64,000 nt of DNA from an uncultured Bacteroidota bacterium (GTDB lineage: Bacteria; Bacteroidota; Ignavibacteria; Ignavibacteriales; Ignavibacteriaceae). Every line of letters begins with the position of its first letter. Within the stretch, counting starts at the first letter, position 1. Positions 19,740 through 27,485 of this stretch are shown one piece after another. Where the stretch lies: assembly GCA_963772675.1 (NCBI GenBank), contig CAVYYF010000007.1:268049-332048 (forward strand). Reading direction: 5' to 3'. The notes beneath the pieces were generated by a model that ran no database searches, was not told the origin of the DNA, and saw nothing but the letters and a program-made list of their open reading frames with translations. Made by a program: the position numbers and the translations under genes.

Positions 19740-22024
19740 TTAAAACTCAAGACTAATTCCAAGTGACGGCAGAATTCCGATTGAAGAAGATTCGTCTACT
19801 TTCATAATTCTTGGGTCCCATCTAACTGAGTTTGTATTTCTCCTGTTGTAAATATTTTGTATATCCAAATAAATAATTAATACCGAAGTACTGAAGTTCC
19901 ACCTTTTATCTATTCGTAAATCTAAACTATGAGAAGGAATTAAACGTCTTGAATTATAATCAGAGACTAATTGGTTACCATTAATACCGAATGGAGTATA
20001 AGGACTACCTGAAGCAAACCTGAATTTGAAACTTCCCTCCCATTCAGCACTGAATTTGTATCCTCCACTAATATTAAACAGAACATTTTGATCATAAAGG
20101 CCCGGGCGCTCTATGCCGTCAAGAGGAGTAAAATCAGAATTTGAAATTGTTAAACTTACTATTCCATAGTATGGAATATCAGAAAGTTTTTTCTGCAGGG
20201 AAAATTCAACACCTTTAGTCAGCCCCTTACCGGAACTCTGAAGAGGATCCAAACCGAGTGAAGTATAATTATCATCTGAGAATCCGGCGCCTGTATTTGC
20301 AAGGATTAAATAAGGCCTTAATGTGCTTACCGGATAATTCGAATAATCCTTGATAAATCCTTCCACTTTGAATAAAATATCCTCTTTTAATCTGCTTTCG
20401 TACCCAAGGATATACTGGTTTACTTTAATGTTTTTAAGATCTTTGTTTTTGCTGTTATTCAACCAAAGATATGATGGTGATTGATAATAAATTCCAGCAC
20501 TCATATTAATATTGCTTACATCCGAAAGTTTATATGAAAGAGACAACCTGGGACTAAAATAATATTTGGTATTTATCCCGTTAAAATAGTCTCCTCTTAT
20601 CCCGAGATTCACTATAATTTTATCTGTTAAAATTGAATTATAATTCAAATAACCGCCCCACTTAAAGAAATTGTGATTTGTATTATAATTGATTGTATCA
20701 AGAGAATCTCCGAATGAAGTTACTTTTGAAGGGAAATAAATATCAGAGTTAAACTCAACCAGGTTTAATTCAGTGCCAATATTTATTTCGTTTTCTGTTG
20801 AAACTTTTAAAGTCACATCCGTCTTCAAACTATTCTCTATTTCGGTTGAAAGATTTGTATAAACCGGGATTTGAAGAGTATCTTTCTGGCTGCTATTATA
20901 ATTAACATAATTTCTGCTTAACGAAATATCTAAAAATCCTCTTTCAAAAATTTTCTGATATTTACCTGCAAGAGTATATTGTTTTTGATCGCTCCCGATT
21001 GTCCTCGAGTTATCGAATCTTTTTTCAGGAGTATCATTAAAGAAATTTACTTTATCAAGCGCTCCAATAATAAAGAAAGAAAGGCTATTTTTGGAATCTA
21101 ATTTTATATTAACTTTAGAAATCATGTCATAGTATTCAGGTACAAAAGCAAACCCCGCTGCTTTAAAAATAAAATCCAGGTAACTTCGTCTTATAGAAAA
21201 AATAAAATCAGAATTTTTTGCTATGGGTCCCTCCAGGTTTAACCCAAACTGGCTTGAAGAAATAGTTGCTTTTCCTCCGATGCGATCGCTTCTTCCATTT
21301 TTCAATTTTATAGAAAGAACTGAAGAAAGCTTATCCCCGTAATTAACGGGGAAACCTCCGGCTGAAAAAGACGTTGATTTTACAAAATCAAGATTTATAT
21401 AACTAATTGGCCCGCCCGTAGATCCCTGATTACCAAAATGATTTATGTTTTGAATTTTTATTCCATCAACCAAAAATAAATTTTCATAAGGCGCCCCCCC
21501 TCTTATAATTAAATCATTTCTGCCGGCAGCAGCCTGCGCCACACCCGGTAAAACTGAAAGAGCTCTTACTACATCTTCAAAAGCTCCCGGTGATCTTCTT
21601 ATTTCTTCATAATTGAATTTTGTCGTGCTTACCTTTTCTAATGGACTTTTGGAAAAGTAATCATCCTGAACTGTTACTTCATCTAATTGATAAGGTATTT
21701 CCTGCAATTCAACATCAATCCTGTTCGGTTTAATTGAATTAACAACAATATCAGTTTTAATTACCGGCAAATAACCTACACTTGAAATCCTGATTCGGTA
21801 CATACCCGGCTCAATACCTTCAATTTTGTAATTTCCATCCCCATCTGATGCAGCACCTATATTAGTACCTAATATCAGAATGTTAGCCCCCGGCAGAGGC
21901 TGCAGAGAAATTACATCTTTTACACTGCCGTAAATTGTTCCTTTGTTCTTCCTGAGCGTAGGAATCAGTGTAATATAAAAAACAGCATTAAAAAGATAAT
22001 GGAAGTAATATTTTCTTTTCGCAA
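19740..22024 (-). pseudogene. TonB-dependent receptor with an N-terminal carboxypeptidase-regulatory-like domain. The start is disrupted (probable frameshift in the A6/T6 run at 21977..21982).
   Basis: The called ORF starts at MYRIRISSVGYL, but the frame is open upstream through GTIYGSVKDVISLQPLPGANILILGTNIGAASDGDGNYKIEGIEPG without any start codon. The adjacent frame gives TTG-RKENITSIIFLMLFF, which is signal-peptide-like. The C-terminal beta-barrel ends in F. Confidence 0.7.
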
Positions 22025-22117
22025 TTGAATCTCTTCTGTTATGTCTGAAAAATGTCTAATTTTTTTATGTAAATTTACTTAATTATCACCATAATTGCAA
22101 ATTATTTTTAATATAGC

Positions 22118-22146
22118 TTGACAAAGCTTAGACATTTTGTTATAAT
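22118..22146 (+). promoter_or_regulatory. Consensus sigma-70 promoter of the fasciclin gene (TTGACA-N17-TATAAT)
   Basis: ttgaca 22118..22123, a 17-nt spacer, tataat 22141..22146. SD-like aaggag at 22198..22203 and ATG at 22210. Confidence 0.6.
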
Positions 22147-22165
22147 TGTCTAAGATATTTAGACA
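22127..22165. promoter_or_regulatory. Operator-like array of TTAGACA/TGTCTAA half-sites overlapping the -10 element
   Basis: cttagaca (22127..22134) and tgtctaag (22147..22154) form an exact inverted repeat bracketing TATAAT. A third ttagaca is at 22159..22165. Further tgtctga/tgtctaa copies are at 22042..22059. Confidence 0.45.
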
Positions 22166-22209
22166 GGATTCTAAATAAAATAAAACTCATAAACTAAAAG
22201 GAGTACAAA

Positions 22210-22716
22210 ATGAAAAACGTGGGAAAAACAGCTCTGGTAACACTTTTTACTATTGCTTTATTTGCAGTGGTAAGCTCAAATACTTTTGCAGGTGATAAAA
22301 AGTCTTCAAAAAACATAGTTGAGACCGCAGTTGCAGCCGGTAACTTCAATACACTTGCTAAAGCTTTAACGGAAACCGGTTTGGTTGACGCATTACAGAA
22401 GAAAGGCCCTTTTACTGTCTTCGCTCCAACTGATGAAGCATTTGCTAAATTGCCCAAAGGTACACTTGAAAGCTTATTAAAAGATAAAGAAGCATTAAAG
22501 AAAATCCTTCTGTACCATGTTGTTTCCGGAAAGGTAATGGCCTCGGATGTAGTAAAACTAAAGAGTGCAAAAACTCTTGAGGGAGAAGATGTGAAGATTA
22601 AGATAAACGATGGAAATGTTATGATAAATAATTCAAAAGTTACAACTGCCGATGTCGAAGCTTCGAATGGCGTGATACATGTAATAGACACTGTGTTAAT
22701 TCCGGATAACGACTAA
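22210..22716 (+). CDS. Fasciclin (FAS1) domain protein, secreted
   Basis: Signal peptide, then [25 protein letters not shown]...[10 protein letters not shown]...[13 protein letters not shown], the canonical FAS1 H1/H2/YH motifs. Confidence 0.9.
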   Translation: MKNVGKTALVTLFTIALFAVVSSNTFAGDKKSSKNIVETAVAAGNFNTLAKALTETGLVDALQKKGPFTVFAPTDEAFAKLPKGTLESLLKDKEALKKILLYHVVSGKVMASDVVKLKSAKTLEGEDVKIKINDGNVMINNSKVTTADVEASNGVIHVIDTVLIPDND

Positions 22717-22722
22717 TCTCCA

Positions 22723-22757
22723 AAATCCCCGCCGAACAGGCGGGGATTTCTTTCTTT
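22723..22757 (+). terminator. Rho-independent terminator after the fasciclin gene
   Basis: aaatccccgcc gaaca ggcggggattt, an 11-bp stem followed by a T-rich tract. Confidence 0.8.
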
Positions 22758-22794
22758 CCCTTTTTAACAAATTATCTTAGTACCTTAATACAAT

Positions 22795-24218
22795 ATGAAA
22801 ATTCTTTTAACAGGCGCAACAGGATATATTGGCCGGAGATTGTTACCCGTTCTGATAAAAAACGGACACGAAGTTATTTGTTGTGTACGTGATAAAAGCA
22901 GGATTGATCCACAAAAATATCCGGCAGACAAAGTAAAGATTATTGAAGTCAATTTTCTTGAGAAAGATACTCTCTTAAATATTCCGGAAAATATTGATGC
23001 TGCATACTATCTCATTCATTCAATGTCATCAGCCAGCAATGAAGATTTCGAAAAGCTTGAAACTATTTCGGCTAATAATTTTAAAGATAGGATACAGGAA
23101 ACAAAAGCAAAACAGGTTATCTACCTTGGGGGAATTGTAAACGAAGCGAAACTTTCAAAGCATTTGAAATCCAGGAAAAATGTTGAATCAATTCTTGCTT
23201 CTGCAACATTCAGTCTGACAGTTTTAAGGGCAGGTATAATTGTGGGCTCAGGTAGCGCGTCATTTGAAATAATACGTGATCTTGTAGAAAAATTACCGGT
23301 AATGATAGCTCCGAGATGGCTTGAAACAAAATCCCAGCCAATTGCAATCAGAAATGTAATAGAATTTCTCAGCGGTGTTTTATTAAATGAAAAAACATAC
23401 GGCAATATTTATGACATTGGCGGATCTGAAATTCTTACTTACAAGCAAATGCTGTTGAAGTTTGCTTTAGTAAGAAAATTAAAAAGAAAGATTTTTATAG
23501 TGCCGGTAATGACCCCAAAACTTTCATCATACTGGCTTTATTTTGTTACGGCCGTTTCATACAGCCTGGCTAAAAATCTTGTTAATAGTATGAAAGTTGA
23601 AATTACCTGCAATAAAAATAATTTAATTGATTTACTGAATATCAAACTGATCAAGCTATGAAGATGCTATTAGAAATGCTTTCGATAAAATTGAACAGCA
23701 GCAGGTTATATCAAGCTGGAAAGACGCGCTAACAAGCCACAAACTTGACGAGGGACTATCGCACCTGGTTGAGATACCAACGCACGGTTGTTTCAAAGAT
23801 TCCAGGGTGATGAGGCTAACTAATGGAAAAAGAAGCATTAAGAAAGATCTGGTCGATTGGAGGGAAAAACGGCTGGTATTATGCAAACTGGCTCTGGTCA
23901 GTAAGAGGATTTATTGACAAAATATTCGGCGGAGTTGGCCTTCGCAGGGGAAGAAAAAATCCGGTTGAGATTTCAGCGGGAGAATCACTCGATTTCTGGA
24001 GGGTTCTTTTAGCTGATAAAAAAGAAAAAAGGCTTTTGTTGTATGCTGAAATGAAATTACCCGGTGAGGCCTGGCTTGAATTTAAAATTGAAAATCACAA
24101 ATTATTTCAGACAGCAACTTTCCGCCCGTTGGGACTGTTAGGCAGAATCTACTGGTACAGCGCTCTTCCCTTTCACGGTTTTATATTCAGCGGTATGATC
24201 AAAAGAATTGCGGCATAA
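22795..24218 (+). pseudogene. SDR-family NAD(P)-binding protein fused to DUF2867, interrupted by two apparent frameshifts (about 23650..23655 and the A5 run at 23827..23831)
   Basis: Rossmann motif ILLTGATGYIGRRL. The middle frame encodes SSYEDAIRNAFDKIEQQQVISSWKDA... The third piece, KIWSIGGKNGWYYANWLWSVRGFIDK, is DUF2867-like. Confidence 0.7.
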
Positions 24219-24246
24219 AAATCCGATATAAATTAATCAAATAATT

Positions 24247-24711
24247 ATGGCATTTTATCAATTAGAAAAAACACAAAAGATTCCCGCAGAAATTACTGAA
24301 GTATGGAATTTTATTTCATCGCCGGTGAACTTAAAGCATATAACTCCGCCGTATCTGGGTTTTGAAATAATAAATAACAACCTTCCGGGAAAAATGTATC
24401 CCGGGATGATAATAAGTTATAAGGTGAGCCCGTTGTTAGGAATAAAAATGAAATGGGTAACTGAGATTACATACGTTAAAGAGAATGAATATTTTATTGA
24501 TGAACAACGAATTGGTCCCTACTCAATGTGGCACCACCAGCATAAAATAACACCAATTGACAGTGGTGTTTTAATGACTGATATCGTGACTTACAATCCC
24601 CCCTTCGGATTTTTGGGCGCGTTATCGAATAAGGTTTTTATAAGAAAACAATTGGATGAAATATTCAACTTTAGGGAAAGTGCTATAGAAAGAAAATTCA
24701 GGGTTTCATAA
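24247..24711 (+). CDS. SRPBCC (cyclase/dehydrase-like ligand-binding) family protein
   Basis: 154 aa. Size and the pattern WNFISSPVNLKHITPP...GPYSMWHHQHKI fit the SRPBCC superfamily. This is a frequent neighbour of SDR-DUF2867 genes. Confidence 0.6.
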   Translation: MAFYQLEKTQKIPAEITEVWNFISSPVNLKHITPPYLGFEIINNNLPGKMYPGMIISYKVSPLLGIKMKWVTEITYVKENEYFIDEQRIGPYSMWHHQHKITPIDSGVLMTDIVTYNPPFGFLGALSNKVFIRKQLDEIFNFRESAIERKFRVS

Positions 24712-24713
24712 AT

Positions 24714-24783
24714 TGTCATCCCGAACTTGTTTCGGGATCTCTTAAATATTTACAGATTCTGAAATATATTCAGAATGACAGTT
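24714..24783. repeat. REP-like double-hairpin palindromic element immediately after the SRPBCC stop codon
   Basis: tgtcat cccgaa cttgt ttcggg atctc...agat tctgaa atata ttcaga atgaca. The outer ends tgtcat/atgaca are inverted. The right 30 nt are identical to 18442..18471. Confidence 0.8.
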
Positions 24784-24989
24784 TCTTTGCATTACAGAAA
24801 ATGAAATTAGGACACTACTAATATCACAAAGAGGCGTTATTAATAATAAATGAAAGTAATTGTTGATTTTGCTTGGTATTTTATGGTAATTAAGTAAAAT
24901 TTAACCAGCGCTTTTCCTTGCGGGGAGCTTACGGAGATATAAGATTATGTTGAAAAAGTTCAGGATGATACATGAGAATAATATTCTTA

Positions 24990-25016
24990 TATAACAACCT
25001 GCACAGGATTTATAAT
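24990..25016. repeat. attC-like hairpin element, copy C (TATAACAA - cctgcacagg - ATTTATAA)
   Basis: It shares its 5' and 3' flanks with copies A and B. The centre is a short GC hairpin, cctg ca cagg. Confidence 0.5.
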
Positions 25017-25100
25017 ATTGGCGTAAATATTTATTATTTAATTATTTAGGTGCTAAAATAAATTTATATTTTAGTTTATATATTAGAAAAATATTCTTAA

Positions 25101-25147
25101 ATAACAGCCGAATTGGGAACTGAGAATTCGGCATAAGTAGGAGTTAT
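25101..25147. repeat. Hairpin element, copy D (ATAAC - gccgaatt loop aattcggc - spacer - GTTAT), just upstream of the methyltransferase gene
   Basis: Exact 8-bp stem 25107..25114 / 25125..25132. The outer ataac/gttat are complementary. The 5' flank atattcttaAataaca parallels copy C (atattcttaTataaca). Confidence 0.5.
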
Positions 25148-25173
25148 ATTGCGAACAAAAATAAAATTAAAGT

Positions 25174-25830
25174 ATGAAAAAGAATTATTTAGTTGAGATA
25201 AAAAATTGCTATAATCTAACAGCCAAGGAATACTCTCAAAATTTTTTAGATGAATTAAACAGCAAACCATTTGATAGAAATATCTTAGATCGTTTTTCAG
25301 AAATGATTCCAAATAATTCATTAGTTTATGATTTGGGCTGTGGTTCTGGGCAAACAACAAAATACCTTTTTAATAAAAAAAGATTTAAAGTAATCGGTTT
25401 AGATCTTGCTGAAAAATCAGTTGCTTTGGCAAAGAAAAATTTTTCACAAATTGAGTTTAAAGTTGATAATATGCTTTCTTCAAAAATGATCTCATCTTCG
25501 GCAAATGGAATATTAGCATTTTACTCAATAGTACATTTTAATTATAAAGATGTTAAAATAGCATTTAATGAGTGGTATAGATTATTAAAAAATGGGAGTT
25601 ATTGTTTGTTTAGCTTTCATATTGGGGATGAAATAATTAAAGTAAAAAATTTTTTAGAGGTAAAAGGTGCAAATGCAAGTTGGCGCTTTATGGACACTGA
25701 TAAAATAATAGCACTATTAGAAAAAGTTGGTTTTAAGGTTATCGAGGCAATTATTAGATATCCATATAAAGAAATCGAACATCAAAGTAAAAGAGCTTAT
25801 ATACTGATTAAAAAAGAAAAAGCAATATAA
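25174..25830 (+). CDS. Class I SAM-dependent methyltransferase
   Basis: Motif I VYDLGCGSGQTTKYL and post-I VIGLDLAEKSV. The size and layout are those of small-molecule type methyltransferases. Confidence 0.8.
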   Translation: MKKNYLVEIKNCYNLTAKEYSQNFLDELNSKPFDRNILDRFSEMIPNNSLVYDLGCGSGQTTKYLFNKKRFKVIGLDLAEKSVALAKKNFSQIEFKVDNMLSSKMISSSANGILAFYSIVHFNYKDVKIAFNEWYRLLKNGSYCLFSFHIGDEIIKVKNFLEVKGANASWRFMDTDKIIALLEKVGFKVIEAIIRYPYKEIEHQSKRAYILIKKEKAI

Positions 25831-25876
25831 CAAGCGCCTCAACGCCGACCGCCATTTTGGTTAGGCGATTTTATAA
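25826..25876. repeat. attC-like hairpin element, copy A. It overlaps the methyltransferase stop codon.
   Basis: tataac aag cgcctCaac [15-nt loop] ggttaggcg att ttataa. cgcct-aac pairs with gttaggcg, leaving one bulged C. Confidence 0.5.
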
Positions 25877-25939
25877 TTTTTGGAATTTGATTTTTGTTTG
25901 AGATTTTGTTCTAAGTGTTCATTCTAATTAATTAACTTA

Positions 25940-25976
25940 CAAACTGCACTTGCGAAAGCAAGTTAATCACAGTTTG
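25940..25976. other. Stable stem-loop with a GAAA tetraloop in the methyltransferase / HEPN-like intergenic region
   Basis: caaactg c acttgc GAAA gcaagt taatca cagtttg, giving 7-bp plus 6-bp exact stems. Confidence 0.5.
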
Positions 25977-26061
25977 CTTAACCTTTGGCAGTTACTTTTT
26001 AATTGGCATTCTTGTTCTGGGGCGCCGGTTATTTGCAACGCCGTTATACATTTTCAAATAT

Positions 26062-27135
26062 ATGTTTCCAATTGCAAACATAATATTCTATATAAATAAT
26101 ATTGGTGAAGAAGGTAGCCTTGACTACTATAATTCAATAAAGTGTTCTTTCACCAGTAATATAGAGGATGATTTTTCTAAAACTGTTGTAAATGAAGGGG
26201 TAAGATTAACTTATTATTGTCCCAACAAAGATGAAATAGGGTTAATAATATTTATAAAATTTGTTGGAATTTATCAGACAGAGATTAATTATAGGTTTAT
26301 ATATGAAATAATTACTAAGATTATAAATTCATATAAAAACAAAAATATTCGAGACGTTGGACAAAAATATTCAAGCAAAATAGCAGTAAAATATTATGAA
26401 ATAATTGCGTTAAAAGAAATCATATCACAATTAGAAAAGTATTATTCAAGAATATTGGAAAATACTAAAGACAAGAATTACGATATTGACATAAATATTG
26501 AGCAAATAATAAGCAGAATAATAGATAACATTAGGCAAAATGAATATTTTTTAAAATGTCATCGAACTACAAAATTTCACGATATAGACATTAAGATTTG
26601 GGAAACCCGACAAGCTTTGGCTTGCAACTTAACTCTTACTGCAATTGTTATGTTAGGCGTAACACTTGAAGAATGCTTGAAGACAGTTTTGAAAAATGAT
26701 TATGAACATCAAATACGAAAAACTCAAACCGGTGCTAATCTTACATTTTTAGCTAATGCAAGTTTACAAGCAGAAGAGAAATTTGGAGACTTACAACTTT
26801 ATAAACTTATCGTTGCTTTACACGAAGCCAAATATATAGACGATGGAGAACGCGAACATCTTATACATATAAAAGATTATATAAGGAACGCTTTTATTCA
26901 CTCTGATAAATCCAAAATATTTGATAAAAATAGAAAAGGCAGAGTTGATGGTTTTAAATTAGCAGATAATCAAATAAAGCACGTTGAAACACAGCAACTA
27001 TCAATGTTGGAAATGAGTTTTGCTCAAGGTTTTATGCAAAAAAGATTAGCAGATGATAATGCAAAAATTATCTTTTACGAAATAGAAGAATATATTTATA
27101 CTATATCAAAAAGGTTTTGGGAAAAATGGGAATAA
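26062..27135 (+). CDS. Hypothetical protein with a C-terminal HEPN-like (Abi_2-like) domain and an N-terminal domain of unknown function
   Basis: All-helical C-terminal half ending in KDYIRNAFIHSD (RNxxxH, an Rx4H motif, at 26884..26901). Very low GC. No other motif recognised. Confidence 0.45.
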   Translation: MFPIANIIFYINNIGEEGSLDYYNSIKCSFTSNIEDDFSKTVVNEGVRLTYYCPNKDEIGLIIFIKFVGIYQTEINYRFIYEIITKIINSYKNKNIRDVGQKYSSKIAVKYYEIIALKEIISQLEKYYSRILENTKDKNYDIDINIEQIISRIIDNIRQNEYFLKCHRTTKFHDIDIKIWETRQALACNLTLTAIVMLGVTLEECLKTVLKNDYEHQIRKTQTGANLTFLANASLQAEEKFGDLQLYKLIVALHEAKYIDDGEREHLIHIKDYIRNAFIHSDKSKIFDKNRKGRVDGFKLADNQIKHVETQQLSMLEMSFAQGFMQKRLADDNAKIIFYEIEEYIYTISKRFWEKWE

Positions 27136-27139
27136 AATG

Positions 27140-27189
27140 TATAACAAGCCCATCAAGGCGACAGCGATTTCACTCTCGGCATTTTATAA
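27140..27189. repeat. attC-like element, copy B (degenerate centre), 5 nt after the HEPN-like gene stop
   Basis: tataacaagcccatcaaggcgacagcgatttcactctcggcattttataa. It is about 70 percent identical to copy A, with identical flanks tataacaagc and attttataa. Confidence 0.45.
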
Positions 27190-27267
27190 ATTTTTATTGT
27201 AGCCGTTCCGTTTCGGCAAACTTGTTCAAAGTAGTCGTATTAAATTAATAAACTTTTAAAAATAAAT

Positions 27268-27319
27268 ATGCCCTGCTCTCAGTGGAGGGGTCTCTACCAC
27301 CTTGAACAGGGCATTTTTA
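27268..27319 (+). terminator. Probable rho-independent terminator for the HEPN-like gene
   Basis: atgccctg ... cagggcat followed by ttttt. An inner gtgg/ccac pairing is present. Confidence 0.55.
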
Positions 27320-27485
27320 AGAAATCTTCTATTTCTTACTCCCCCCTTCACCCCTTTTGCTTCAGACTGTTATTATTGCTTACTTATTTCAGGTACGTGA
27401 AGCATTTTAAGCGCACCCAAACTCTTTAATTAGGAAGCGTTGCACCTGTCCCCCCAACAAGTGCAAGCTTCTTAAACTTATTATA

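Noticed and set aside
22194-22691. A 165-aa antisense ORF mirroring the fasciclin gene.
   Set aside because: The plus-strand frame carries the canonical FAS1 motifs, a signal peptide, a consensus promoter and a terminator. The antisense translation is featureless.
24941-24993. A 15-codon mini-ORF (MLKKFRMIHENNILI) ending in the TATAAC box of repeat copy C, considered as a possible cassette gene remnant.
   Set aside because: It is too short to evaluate, has no motif, and could be chance in AT-rich sequence.
25826-26049. The whole 224-nt spacer, from TATAAC (25826) to GTTATAC (26043..26049), treated as one long VCR-like attC hairpin.
   Set aside because: When I paired the two ends by hand, only the 6-bp R boxes plus about 3 more bp were complementary. 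The inner sequences share direct (caacgccg, ttgttct) rather than inverted similarity, and the GAAA hairpin is off-centre. I report short local hairpins instead and leave the long-site idea to a covariance-model test.
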